DNA of 64,000 nt. It comes from Mayamaea pseudoterrestris. Its lineage: Eukaryota. Location: positions 868,001-932,000 of the forward strand of contig BROI01000008.1 of NCBI GenBank assembly GCA_027923505.1. The letters are read 5' to 3'. The notes below the pieces were generated by a model, which worked only from the letters and a program-made list of their open reading frames with translations, was not told the origin of the DNA and did not search any database. Made by a program: the position numbers and the translations under genes. Numbering within the stretch: position 1 is the stretch's first letter; every line of letters begins with the position of its first letter. Shown here piece by piece: positions 31,245-45,063 of the stretch.

Positions 31245-32078
31245 ATGGACAATATGCTGGTCCAGGCGAGGAAACTAATATCTAAACTACAATCCATTCT
31301 AAACTTTGAAGGATGGTCGTCACATCCGCAGTTCTCTCGCACCAATGGCCTCGGAAGAGTCGCATTTTTGTCAGGTTCATTATGCACGATTCTTGGAATT
31401 CACTTGATGCTCCTCGTGCAAAGCTCCTTGTCATCTGAACATGATCCTCGCAGTATACTCATTTGGCAATGGTGTGGCTACATGGTACTGCTGTGCTGCT
31501 TTCACTTACTCGAATTCTTCACGACAGTCATTTACAATCCAACGCAGGCTTCTGCCGATTCCTTTCTCGTCAATCATTCGACAGCCTACACGGCAGCATT
31601 CATTGGATCTTTGTCTGAATTTTGGCTCCGATACTGGCTTTTACCAACATGGAATGTTGTCAGACAAGTTTACATTAGCGGATATGCTATAACTGTCGCT
31701 TCTCAAGCACTGCGCAGCATGGCCATGAAAACGGCTGGAGAATCCTTCAATCACTACATTCAAACAACCAAAAAGGACAATCATGTTCTCGTGACACATT
31801 CCGTCTACAGGTATCTACGACATCCTTCTTATGTCGGCTTTTTCTACTGGTCTGTTGGGTCACAACTTTTGCTAGGAAATCTACTATTGGCGTCGGTATC
31901 AGCGATTGTTAGTTGGACCTTTTTCAAACGGCGAATTGCTTACGAGGAAGACAGTCTTTGCCGCTTATTTCCGCGCGAGTATCCTCCCTATGTAGCAAAA
32001 TCATACATTGGTATACCTTTTCTGTTTACCAAGGTTCAATACGGCGCTACGAACGTTGAGACTATTGGTAGAGCATAG
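31245..32078 (+). CDS. ICMT: Protein-S-isoprenylcysteine O-methyltransferase
   Basis: FHLLEFFTT, SFLVNHS..Y, AMKTAGESFNHYIQ, HVLVTHSVYRYLRHPSYVGFFYW, RIAYEE. Confidence 0.95.
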   Translation: MDNMLVQARKLISKLQSILNFEGWSSHPQFSRTNGLGRVAFLSGSLCTILGIHLMLLVQSSLSSEHDPRSILIWQWCGYMVLLCCFHLLEFFTTVIYNPTQASADSFLVNHSTAYTAAFIGSLSEFWLRYWLLPTWNVVRQVYISGYAITVASQALRSMAMKTAGESFNHYIQTTKKDNHVLVTHSVYRYLRHPSYVGFFYWSVGSQLLLGNLLLASVSAIVSWTFFKRRIAYEEDSLCRLFPREYPPYVAKSYIGIPFLFTKVQYGATNVETIGRA

Positions 32079-32136
32079 TAAGAGTATTTGTGGTCATTAT
32101 ATAAACATGCATTCAACAGTACACATTAGGCAAGCT

Positions 32137-33054
32137 TTACGAGCGATGACCTGCTCCAATGTCTCCACCTCCGCTTAATCCGCCTCGACTACGCTTCTGG
32201 CGACGCCCTTGCAAGCTCGGTCCCAAGTCCATGACGGCATCGTCGACTCCGGCCATGACCGCCGCCGCTCCGCCACCAGCACTCATCGCACCCCACCCCG
32301 ATCCACGGCGCTGCGCCTGCAAGTTTGGCACCAAGGAAGAAGTGCCGCTACATACATTTTCGGTTCGCCTGACGCGGTCATCCGCCTGCTTGAAGAATTT
32401 TGACTGCGCGTTTTGCTCCTTTTGGATTTGCACGCGCTGCTTGTTCAAGTCAAGCTGGCACTCGGCAATGTTCGACTTGATGGCTCGCAAGGTGGATAGC
32501 ATATCAGCTACACTAGTGACTGGGACATCGCGGGGACAAAGGGGAGGGCCGTATGTCCCAATGAGCTGCAGCTTCTTGTTCTTTTGGTTCAATTTTCCGA
32601 CCAAGACGCGAGAGTAAATGCAGGACACTAAAAGGTGCTCCACTTCGGTCGGAGTTTCAAGATTCAAAGCTTGCTGAATAACATCATAGTATACAGAATT
32701 CTGCTTTGCGCGGCATGCTTGCTCAATGATGGTCAACGCTGTGAGTTGCTTCAACTTGAACACTTGCGACTCGTTAAGAGGAATGAATTTGTCGGGCGAA
32801 CTCATGTAGTCGGAAAACGACCCATACGAGAACAGATCCAAGGTGTTGAGCATCTTGTCTCCGTCTGGTGAACCCTGGAGATGACCCTTTACCAAAGCAT
32901 GGATATTGTTGTAACCGGCGAAGACGTTGGGGTCCGAGAAAACTTTGAGAATTAACGAACGAAGCGTGGAAACGTTAGAGAAGTCCTTTGCTGCCGCCAT
33001 GTATGGTTGCAGGATCTCATCAGTATCGATGAGAGAATGAAGAGGGTCTTCCAT
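32137..33054 (-). CDS. CSN7: COP9 signalosome subunit 7 (PCI domain)
   Basis: LDLFSYGSFSDY...KLKQLTALT...YDVIQQALNL...EVEHLLVSCIY...GKLNQK...RDV. Confidence 0.8.
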   Translation of the reverse strand: MEDPLHSLIDTDEILQPYMAAAKDFSNVSTLRSLILKVFSDPNVFAGYNNIHALVKGHLQGSPDGDKMLNTLDLFSYGSFSDYMSSPDKFIPLNESQVFKLKQLTALTIIEQACRAKQNSVYYDVIQQALNLETPTEVEHLLVSCIYSRVLVGKLNQKNKKLQLIGTYGPPLCPRDVPVTSVADMLSTLRAIKSNIAECQLDLNKQRVQIQKEQNAQSKFFKQADDRVRRTENVCSGTSSLVPNLQAQRRGSGWGAMSAGGGAAAVMAGVDDAVMDLGPSLQGRRQKRSRGGLSGGGDIGAGHRS

Positions 33055-33504
33055 GTTATATACAGCGATAAGTGGTGTTTAGTTAGGCAAAGTCCGAGAC
33101 TCTTTCAGAGGCAAAAGAAGTGTTGAGAGGAGCTGGATGCGCGACACAAAAAAGATCGTCGCAGTTAGTACCGCTACGGCATTAGCTAACGTTGGGTGCA
33201 GTGACGATGTTATCGACATTAATACAATGGCAATTCGCAAGCTCTAACAGTTGCCACAAAGAGGCCAGTCAGTAAAGCAGATTCACATTTATATAGTCCC
33301 AGTGATCCACTGCGAAAACTTTGCTTTTTGGCCGCACATGGTGACACGAATACTCTAAGTGATCCAAGGGGCTGCCAGATAATCGTCAACTGGCATCCAC
33401 AGTCAAGCAAAACCTCTCCTCACCAATTGCTCTATCTTAAGATTGTCATTGGTAAGAGGTCGATGCTTTGTTATACGGTAAGTGACCTTTGCTACTATTT
33501 AAAA

Positions 33505-34572
33505 CTATGAAATATGCTTTGCCCATTGTCCCAAGACACCAGGCGAAATATAAGATGGATACTTCTCTTCTGGCAGCTTGAAGGATGGAGCATAGCCATC
33601 GATAAGGTTCCATGGAGTGGGCACGATATGTGCATGACGGATGGCAAGCTTGGTTTGCTCACATGCTGTGACAACGACACGACGAGCAGGCTCATCCATA
33701 AACGCCAAATCCATCGGAACAATGCCATCCCCAGTACCTCCCAGTCGTCCGAGAAGAGGCAGATACGAGGCAATGGCAATAAGCTCTTCCACGTTGGTGC
33801 TCACTCGTCCACCAAGGCCATCACTGCATACGCAAGTGACATCAATTCCTCGGTCCGCCAGGGCCTGCGGTTGGCAAGATGGCGCTTCGGCAATTGCTCG
33901 AAGCAAACCTCTCGTTTGGTCGACGAAAGCATCAATTGGGGAAATATGGGGCGTTCCAATCGTGATAAGAGAAGTAACTCGTTTGACAGCGAGCTTGTGA
34001 ATAGCAGTAGATGACTGAGAGAGGCCTCCGAGATAGGCTCGAGCTACCCAGCCACCAATGGAGTGCCCTATGATGCATATACGTGTCGAAGATCCTTGTT
34101 CAGCAATAATTTGCGCCATGGCGTTGTCAATTGCGTCGAAATACCAACCCAGCGTTTCCACGACCGGCAAACGAGCTTCCAGAAAAGCTTTTGTAGGGAG
34201 CTGGCGAGCAACTTTGATCCACTCAGTACGAGGCAGAGGGGCAACCTTAAAGCTTCCTATTGGTCGTGTCAATATTCCAGTTGATTCAAGTACCTTCAAA
34301 TTATTAAGCAAGGAAATGTAGTCGGCAGGTACGCAAAACTGTGCTGGGCAGACCAAAACTGATATCTTCTCCTCTGAAGCATTTGCAGTCTCGGTTTCGG
34401 AATCTCCTAACGCAGCAATCTGCTCGACTGAGAGTTGAGGCGTTGAAGATAGACTTGACAATGACGTTGCACTGGACCCAGCTCGTTTAAATGCCATCGG
34501 CGGGTGGAAATGGAATGATAAACTTCCGACGGCCAGGCACGAAACCATCAGTCCTTTCAGAGTCTTCGTCAT
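33505..34572 (-). CDS. Alpha/beta hydrolase (PGAP1/lipase-like), probably plastid-targeted
   Basis: Nucleophile elbow IIGHSIGGW, LITIGTPH, GDGIVP; signal peptide ending SLS-F. Confidence 0.8.
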   Translation of the reverse strand: MTKTLKGLMVSCLAVGSLSFHFHPPMAFKRAGSSATSLSSLSSTPQLSVEQIAALGDSETETANASEEKISVLVCPAQFCVPADYISLLNNLKVLESTGILTRPIGSFKVAPLPRTEWIKVARQLPTKAFLEARLPVVETLGWYFDAIDNAMAQIIAEQGSSTRICIIGHSIGGWVARAYLGGLSQSSTAIHKLAVKRVTSLITIGTPHISPIDAFVDQTRGLLRAIAEAPSCQPQALADRGIDVTCVCSDGLGGRVSTNVEELIAIASYLPLLGRLGGTGDGIVPMDLAFMDEPARRVVVTACEQTKLAIRHAHIVPTPWNLIDGYAPSFKLPEEKYPSYISPGVLGQWAKHIS

Positions 34573-34859
34573 AATATATCGGTTTTAGACTTGAATGTGT
34601 GGATTCTCTAGTATTGTACCATTGCATTGCCTGTCCGGGATCAACCTTCAAGCCCAATGGAACATGAATCGACGAAAAACAAAAACGCGCGCTGACGCGC
34701 CAAAACTGGGAGGCGAAAGCTTTCGCCGACGTCACCTTCATGAACCCGGCCGCGGGACACGACTCGGTCGAATGCTACCGGTAGTCTTTACTTGCATTAA
34801 ATAAAGCCACGCGACAATTCACTTGAACATCTGCGAAAATGTATATCACCATATCCCTT

Positions 34860-36416
34860 TCATAAATATTCCTCGGAAGAGGGCGTCTGGCTAGTACGTC
34901 GTTTGTGCTTCACTTTACTCTTGATGAGCGGAGCTATCTCCTTCATTCTCGCTTGCCGCCGCTCCTCGGCAATAGGAAGTTTCTCTCGGGCCAAAGTTCC
35001 CAATACGGCAAGCTCTGACTCGTCAACGGTCGGCCATACTTTTGGATACCATGGGCCATCCATCGCAGCAACTTCGTCGGTGGTTCTACCAGCATTCTCC
35101 CCGTTTGACAAAACGCTGAGCTCGGTAGAATAGCCTGGCGGAATCACAGCCGAACCAGGTGCGTAGCGAATGCTATACCTTCGGTATATTGGATCATCGC
35201 TACGCGGAACTAGCGTCTGGTTGAAAGCGACTGTGCGATGAAAGAGCCATCGCGTATGAAAGATCACGTCGCCCTGTTTAATGTCGTATACGCGCTTCGT
35301 TTCCTCCATTCGTCGATGCAAGTGTGGAGCAACTTCTTTGAGGTTGCAAGTACCTGCACCACTGCGCTTCTCAAGCATGTCGTTGGCGTCTAGATAGCCT
35401 CCTGGCGGGAGATTGGCCGACGCACCAGTCGCCAAGTAAGCGTCATGCCTCCAGGCTGCTGCGTGTGAACCGATGGCCAAAGCAAAGCCTCCTCCCAACT
35501 CAATTGGCATGTCATTCAAAGCCACCCATGCATTTATGCCATCTGATTCTGGTGTAGCCGGCCAAAATCCAAGATCATCGACATGATAGCCACAGATGTA
35601 CGGGTCCTTGTCTTTGGAAAGAAAAATGTCGCGGAGCATTCGAATGTTGGTTGTATCAGTCCAGGTGGGGTTCGACTTGCGAAGGATATTTGCAGCTAAT
35701 ATAGATACTGAAGAGTTGAGTGCAAGCTGTAGAAAGGAGGCCGTGTCATTGCGAAAAATGGCACCATGCTTGGCTGTAAAGAATTGTGTACTTCCTCGGC
35801 TGCGAGACGGTCTCTGTTCGAGCTGGTCGTTTATAAAAACATCACTCTCCTGCGTAAGCCGTTCCACCATGGTTCCACCAACGAGACCTCGCACTGCAAC
35901 GACTCCATCCTTTCGGTATGCCGCAAGAAGTTGATCCTCGAGCAACGTTTCCACTCGATTGTTCAGTACGTCGTCGCCTCGTATGTCAAAGAAATATGTT
36001 GGATCTATCACTGGAACAGGCCCAAGCTTTTCATATGGAGTTCGTACGGTACGGAATGAAATTGTAAGTGATAATAGAAGGAAAAGCGAAGATAGGCAAA
36101 GAGCAGCTGGCGAGTCGCCAAGCAATGCCAGACGACCAATCCATTGCTCAATGCGTGATGGATTTCGCTCAAGTTTCGATTCAAAGACAGGATCAGCTCC
36201 ACTTTCTGATGATTCAGAATCTTGAGACACTTCATTAGCTTGGTTGGTGTAAACGTGTATTCGCTTCATTTGGTCCTTGGTCCTTTGTTGCATCAAGAGC
36301 TGGCGTCGAAATGATGTTGTGTTGCGATCGCCGCGTGGTTGCTGGGGAAATTTAGCGTGTCTGAAAAGATGGAATGACGTTTTCGATTTCCTGCCAATGC
36401 GCGGCGGGCGGGTCAT
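34860..36416 (-). CDS. PhyH-family Fe(II)/2-oxoglutarate dioxygenase with a single TM anchor
   Basis: YRKDGVVAVRGL, GYHVDD, INAWVAL, GDVIFHTRWLFHRT, RRYSIRY. Start codon uncertain. Confidence 0.75.
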   Translation of the reverse strand: MTRPPRIGRKSKTSFHLFRHAKFPQQPRGDRNTTSFRRQLLMQQRTKDQMKRIHVYTNQANEVSQDSESSESGADPVFESKLERNPSRIEQWIGRLALLGDSPAALCLSSLFLLLSLTISFRTVRTPYEKLGPVPVIDPTYFFDIRGDDVLNNRVETLLEDQLLAAYRKDGVVAVRGLVGGTMVERLTQESDVFINDQLEQRPSRSRGSTQFFTAKHGAIFRNDTASFLQLALNSSVSILAANILRKSNPTWTDTTNIRMLRDIFLSKDKDPYICGYHVDDLGFWPATPESDGINAWVALNDMPIELGGGFALAIGSHAAAWRHDAYLATGASANLPPGGYLDANDMLEKRSGAGTCNLKEVAPHLHRRMEETKRVYDIKQGDVIFHTRWLFHRTVAFNQTLVPRSDDPIYRRYSIRYAPGSAVIPPGYSTELSVLSNGENAGRTTDEVAAMDGPWYPKVWPTVDESELAVLGTLAREKLPIAEERRQARMKEIAPLIKSKVKHKRRTSQTPSSEEYL

Positions 36417-36635
36417 CCGTTCTTCGCCGATGATGGTGATGTCGGCAATGATGAACAACAACCTTTGTTTTGCTGAGACTGACGTTGCGAGGAGCTTTGT
36501 GTTTTGCTTTTGAAAAGAGAAAGGTTACGAGTGCTTCACAGAGTAGTAATTCTGTCTAACTGCATCACTCTCGCATTGGATGGTTGATCTGTTGGCGAGT
36601 CATCAGCCGCAACGCCATAACGATCAATAACCAAC

Positions 36636-37361
36636 ATGAGTACCCGCTCTTCAATAGCCCATCGCGTATGGCAAGGATACAGTCGACGTTTGGACCAATT
36701 TCCTTTGTTTACCAAGACTACGACGGGTGCAGTTATATTTTTTGTATCCGACAGTGCGACGCAGTTCATCTCTAAGACCGCAACGACAGCATCGGAATGG
36801 AACGCTGCTCGAGCAATTTCGGGTGCTGGATTTGGCATTGTTGCAACCACTTGGTTGCATGTCTGGTGGGGATGCTTGGAGTTGATGGTGGCGTCTAGAA
36901 TACCGATTGCGAAACACCGGCTGGCGAATACGCTCGTCAAGGTTGCCATTGACCAAGCATTCGCCGCACCTCTTTACATTTACAGCTACTTTGTCGTGAC
37001 AAACATGGGGCAAAAGATTGTTCAAAGAAGCGATCGAGCTTCTGACCTCTCTTTGCTTTGGAAGGAGACAAACGATAAAGCTGCAGCAATGCTCATGCCA
37101 ACAATGATGGAGCACTGGACTGTCTGGCCAATTGTACACTCCTTCAACTTTTACTTCATGCCCCTCCACCATCGAGTATTAGTTCAAAACACTGTTCTGG
37201 TTGGCTGGAGCGGCTATCTATCTCATCTGAATCACCAACCGGCGACACTCATGACGCCGACTGAGGAGGCGCGCGTAGCAGTCCAACGACAAGAGACGAA
37301 GAGAAGAACAAAGGAAGAGCAAGTGTTGCAAGCAAGACGTAAGCTCTCGGATACAAGATGA
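36636..37361 (+). CDS. Mpv17/PMP22 family membrane protein
   Basis: PLFTKTTTG...SDSATQ, KVAIDQAFAAP, WPIVHSFNFYFMPLHHRVL, WSGYLS. Confidence 0.92.
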   Translation: MSTRSSIAHRVWQGYSRRLDQFPLFTKTTTGAVIFFVSDSATQFISKTATTASEWNAARAISGAGFGIVATTWLHVWWGCLELMVASRIPIAKHRLANTLVKVAIDQAFAAPLYIYSYFVVTNMGQKIVQRSDRASDLSLLWKETNDKAAAMLMPTMMEHWTVWPIVHSFNFYFMPLHHRVLVQNTVLVGWSGYLSHLNHQPATLMTPTEEARVAVQRQETKRRTKEEQVLQARRKLSDTR

Positions 37362-37612
37362 AGGTGATGGGTGATGTGATTGATTGACCGATGACAAATG
37401 TTCATGGTAAGGCAAGTCTCGGAGTAGCCAAGGCCTGGCATTATTGTTATCGCACCAAAAGGTTATGCTACAACGAACAGTCAAAACGAGCTCTACTTAA
37501 AGCTGAGCGTCACACAGCTTTTGATGCTCTAAAATTATCTGCTAGCAAGATGGCAAGCGCACACGCAGGCAATTTGCCACGTCTGCGATTAGCGGCCAAA
37601 CGATTGAATGGT

Positions 37613-38512
37613 TTACGCCTTCTTGTCCTTGTTAAAGAGGTTGCCGAACACCTTTTTCGACAAGTCTCCAAACTTATAGTCTGATTTGCCAGTGTAGTTA
37701 TTGATCATCTTTTTCGTAAGATCACCAAACTGGTATTTCTCGGCTGCCTCATCTCCAAGAAAGCTCTTCACCCAATCCTTTCGTCGATTCTCTACTGCTC
37801 GTGAAACGTCACCAAACTCGTAAGGCTTGCCCAAAAACTCGGTCACACTTTCGTCAACGCGCTTGGCAATCTCTGCCGTCAGCATTCCGAACTGATATTC
37901 GTCAGCACCACAAAACCCAGCCACCGCTTTCTTTATGCGCTTATCAAGCTCAATCGACAAGTCGCCAGTCTCGTAAGGCTTTCCAGTGAGTTGCTCTGTC
38001 AGATTTTTGCTCATTTCGTCCATGGCAAACACCAAGTCGCCCAGCTCATACGATTCCTTGTTTCGCAGGCTGGCCACTTCGCTTTTCACTCGTGTGTCAA
38101 TTTCCTTGCTAAGATCTCCGACTTGGTAATCTTCCTTGCCAAGAAATTCTCGCGCGTTGCTTTTAATGTCCTCGAGAACTGCGCGTCGGATAATTTCAGA
38201 CAGCTCCAAAGAAAGACCTTCCCAAGCATCGTCGGCCACTAGGTTGCCAATGGCAGTAGTCTTTTCCTCGTCCGTTTCAAAGGGAATATCAATAAACTGA
38301 GATTCGTTCTTGTCAAAAACTATTGGTTCTACGCTCAGCGATGCGTCGACCAAAGAGTCTGGTTCTTCCGATGTAGCGAAACGAGGTACGCATGCGACAA
38401 AGGCTCGACGTGGAGGTGGCGATGACGTTCGAGCACGATTTGTTGCTCGCGGTAGCTGCAGGGCTACAGCAGTGTTGCAGCATAGTATCAAAATGATCTG
38501 CAGTGACCACAT
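37613..38512 (-). CDS. Uncharacterised signal-peptide protein with seven (G/K)xxYxFGDL-type repeats, probably plastid-targeted
   Basis: Repeats YQVGDL, YELGDL, YETGDL, YQFGML, YEFGDV, YQFGDL and YKFGDL. Signal peptide ending AVA-L, followed by an R/S/P-rich transit-like segment. Confidence 0.75.
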   Translation of the reverse strand: MWSLQIILILCCNTAVALQLPRATNRARTSSPPPRRAFVACVPRFATSEEPDSLVDASLSVEPIVFDKNESQFIDIPFETDEEKTTAIGNLVADDAWEGLSLELSEIIRRAVLEDIKSNAREFLGKEDYQVGDLSKEIDTRVKSEVASLRNKESYELGDLVFAMDEMSKNLTEQLTGKPYETGDLSIELDKRIKKAVAGFCGADEYQFGMLTAEIAKRVDESVTEFLGKPYEFGDVSRAVENRRKDWVKSFLGDEAAEKYQFGDLTKKMINNYTGKSDYKFGDLSKKVFGNLFNKDKKA

Positions 38513-38753
38513 GATGCAACAATTTGTGGGCTACTTGTGATGTTATGGAGTTTTCGATACGTGGAGGCTGGGCGTTTCGCGCGACTGCGAGGAAGAAAAA
38601 ATGATCTAGAAGTGGTGCGACATGAGTCACACTTACTGTTAATCTACTTGTTGCAGCGCCTCGCATTACGGTAGGCTAACAGGCAGGTTGTTACTTCATT
38701 TCGCCAACAAAGGAATAAGATCATTGTGTATGACATGCGAGTTAATCATCCTA

Positions 38754-40111
38754 TTACTTCGAAACGTCATGGATGGCATTGGCAATGTAATCAACATTGC
38801 CCGACGTGACACCCGCCATACTGACGCGGCCATCCAAGGTGCAATAAATGTGATGCTTGTCGCGAAGCATCACGACTTGATCCTTCGCCAAGCCACTGTA
38901 AGCGAACATGCCAATTTGCTTCGTAATGTGCTCCCACGAGCGTGCTGATCCAGCTTCCTCCAGCTTTGTTCTCAGCACATTTCGCATCGTGTTGATACGG
39001 TCAGCCATGCCAGCACACTGCTCAATGTAGTCCTTTGTCAATTGCGCGTCCGATAAAATCTCCGTCACAATTCTTGCTCCCGAGCGTGGTGGATTAGAAT
39101 ACATGGGCCGAATCACCATCTTCATTTGCGAAAGAACACGTTTGGCTTCGTCTGGGTCGGAGCCAACTGCCGAAAGGGCACCAATACGGTGTCCATATAG
39201 TCCAAAGTTCTTGGAAAAGCTCTGCACCATAGCAAACTTGTGACCATCGTCGACAAACAAGCGAAGCGCAGCTGCATCCTTCTCAGAGCTACCCGATGCG
39301 AATCCTTGGTAGGCGTTATCGAAGAAAGGAGTCAATTTGCACTTTTTCATAGTCTCACTAATCTCTTTCCACTGCTCAAGGGTTGGGTCCATTCCTGTTG
39401 GATTGTGGGCGCAAGCTGTAGGAAAGCGATAGTAGTATGTGAGCTGTTGGACAGTGGTGTCGGTAATATACGGAGCGAAACAATCGTACCGTGCAGCAAA
39501 ACGACGCTCCCTTGTGGCATATCTTTCATGTCTTGAATGAGTCCAGCAAAGTCCAGGTCGGAGCTAGCATCGTCATAGTAGCGATATTGTTTCACTTCAA
39601 GACCTGCTTGTCTAAAGATTGCACCATGATTTCCCCAAGTCGGATTGGGAAGATAAATGGACGTTGCGCCATGCTTCTGGATCATCTTTCCGTACACAGC
39701 AAGGCCCCCGGTACCAGATAGTGATTGAGCACCTTGCACCAACTTTTCTGTAATGACTGAACTATCATCGCCGTACGCAAATTTGAGCGCAAGGTCGACA
39801 AATTTGCCGTCCCCAGCAATCGGTGAATACTCGCAGTCGAGGTTCTTGTCAAAGATGCGACGCTCTGCCTCGCGGACACATGGTAAAACATAAGGTTTTC
39901 CTTGATCGTCACGATAAGCTCCTACACCGACAATGACCTTGTTTGGGTAATCGTCTGCTTGGTATTGCTCGTTCAAGCCAATAATCGGGTCAAGGGGCGC
40001 CATTTCATAGCCTGACCATGGACTCGCAGAAGTGCCAAGGCATCTACTTAGTGTGCCAACTCCCACACTGGATTGACGACTATATGTCCTTCGGAGAATT
40101 TGAGTAAGCAT
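38754..40111 (-). CDS. GOT2: Aspartate aminotransferase, mitochondrial type, 2 exons
   Basis: GVGAYRD, QSLSGTG, PTWGNH, LH|ACAHNPTGMDP, FFDNAYQGFASG, PLP Lys in SFSKNFGLYG. Arg/Ser-rich presequence. Intron 39489-39416. Confidence 0.95.
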
Positions 40112-40352
40112 GGCTTATGAGTGAATGAGTTTCCTGTCCAAATTAATAAGCGATGATCTATTCGTTCGAATGGATCGGCCGAGATTTTGGTGGACAGCTG
40201 CACCTCCAAGAATGTCGTATCGGTAAAACAATGAGTCACAGCGGCACCCGATATTGTAGCCATAGCGTCGCGTTGCAAGCGATAGGATCCATGCATCCTA
40301 ATTTATGAACTCCATGTTGTCACGTCGTAAACAAAAACGCTATACAGTACTG

Positions 40353-42229
40353 TTATACTCTACCTCCACCCAAAACGAAAGGCACGGCAAAATCTATGAG
40401 ATTCATCTGTTCATCGAGCGACCGGCCCAAGCCCTCTAAAACCAAGGTGCTAATGACAACATTCGCCATCGCTGGATCGACTTCCACGCCATATACGCGA
40501 CACAGATCCAAAACGCGGCTCAGCAAAGATCCAATTCGAACGGCTCCAAGAGTAAGGCCATTCTTTCTACGATCATGAAACTCGGACACAATTTCGCCAA
40601 TGCCAGTTGCAAACGCCTCAACACCTCCTTCCATCTGACTGCACCGCTCGTGCTTGGCCCGTTCAACCATCAGTCGTCCAGCCTCCGCGCCATTGTTTGT
40701 AATGACGGCTTTGAACAGATCAAACAAATTCTTGCGGTCATTCTCACCCAATTCCGTCGCAATTCCTGCATCAAGGAACACTATAGTGCGCTTAATTATT
40801 TGCCCTTCGGTCTCGTGAGATGAACTGTCACCAAAAAGACTGTGAAACAACTTCACAAGAATATTGTTTTCCTTCTTCTCCAGTGTCGTCCTAATGAGTA
40901 CGTTGCCGCTAAGATATAAAGCAACGCAAGCGATTGGCTGCGTGAGCAAAAGCATTGATGGTATCAGCACACAACGCCGCCGCGTGTTACTTACGGATGA
41001 ATATCCCCATGAACCCAGTTGTCAATAAAAACCATCTTCAAAAAAGCTCGAAGCAGCGGACCGGCAAGCTCCTTTCGGATCCTTCGACCTTCAACCGAAT
41101 CGTCACGCACATACTCGGCAATCGGGACGCCGTCGCTTACCAAGTCTTCAATGAGAACATTCGGAGTAACCCAACCTTCCATTGGAGAAGGGAAGAAAAT
41201 GGCCGACCTTTTCTCCTCGTGCTTTTTATAAAAGTTCTCGCGAAAGCGTTTCAAGTTGTCTGCTTCGATTCGCAAATCTGCTTGCTTCTCCAAGACGCCT
41301 GCAAACGTCGATGTGGCACCGGGCATGTTCATGACCTTGACAGACTTGAAAGGCAAGGCGTTGATTGCATTGGCAATTGACTGCAAAAACCAAATGTCGC
41401 GATCAATCATTTCATGAAAGTCGGGGTGAAGGATCTTGATGGCAACCTTGCGTTCCACCTTTTCACCGCGTTGATTCGTCGTAGCAAGCGTCCCCGCGTA
41501 CACTTGTGCAGCCGACCCGCACCCGACAATGTCATGGGGCTTGACGGATAGTCCCTTGGCTTCGTAGTCGCCAAATGCATCTCGGAGTGATAGGTCCGTG
41601 TGTACCCACGAATGTGGAAGACCGTCAGCTTGTAGCTTTGATAGTCTGTCGCACATGTGCGGTGGAAAGATATCCCGTCGCGTCGCCGCCCATTGAGAAA
41701 GTTTGACAAAAACTGGCCCGAAGAACTGCACAGCGCTCAAAAGATACGCCCAAGACATGTCCGAGACAGCTGATGTGTGAAGAAACTGGTCGGCAAAGAC
41801 AGCTGCAGGAGTCAGAAGCATCAATGGCGAGAGAATAAAAGCAATTTCCGTGCCCCTCATAAACACCAAGACATAGTCCCAGTATTTCTGTAAAAGTCGC
41901 TTGATCCAGTCGACTGCTCGATGCAGTGGCCGTGGTTTCCCGACGGTGCCGACAAAAGGGCTCCCCGCGAGCATTGACGCTCTCACTGGAGCGCTTTCTG
42001 CATACGTAGGTTTATGAAACAGAGTGTGTTCATAGGAACGAAACGCCGAGTCGAGCAAGGGCACAAAGTATGACCTCGACTCATATCGGTATTTCAACAA
42101 TCCTTGTCTACTTGACTTGTCGATGCGTTCAGCCCAGCTGCTTTGATGCAATGAACGCTTCGATAAGTTCGACCGCAAAACGCGTCCAGAAGTGTTAACA
42201 CGACGTCCTGCGACAAGCAACGGCAACAT
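40353..42229 (-). CDS. ABC1/AarF (ADCK2-like) atypical kinase, 2 exons
   Basis: GPVFVKLSQWAATRRDIFP, VGCGSAAQVY, VAIKILHP, WVHGDIHP|GNVLI, FLDAG, VLEGLGRSLD. Intron 40994-40909. Confidence 0.9.
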
Positions 42230-42485
42230 GGTGGAAGTGTCGGCACCTTGGTAAAATTAATGGTCATGTACTATCGGCGTCCCCGTTGTTCTTTCGGCCC
42301 TCCATCGAGATCATCATCGATGATGCGGCGAAAGATCTATAACCGCTAAGATATTGTCCGGTACTCGATGCTTAGCTCATGACCTTCTCGCAGCCGACCA
42401 AGCACGGTTTCGCTTTCGTCACCATGGCGGCCGACACTAAAGTGAAATTCTGTCGCAGAAATACGTGTGAGGAGCATTTCTCACC

Positions 42486-44845
<2,360 letters not shown>

Positions 44846-45063
44846 ATTTGATTTGCAACTAGTGAACAAGAGTAGGCTTTTGTATCATTGGCCATTCGTA
44901 CAATGAAAAACCGATTAACTAAGGGCTAGGTCTCGGCGGTTTGCGAGTAGCTAAGTTGAGTGCCGCTGCGTCGCATCGTTTTAACCACCAAAGTGCACAA
45001 GTTCGAATGTGAACGCTGCCTTGAGCTTTCTTCACCATATCTTGTCCTCTTTCGAAGGAAACG

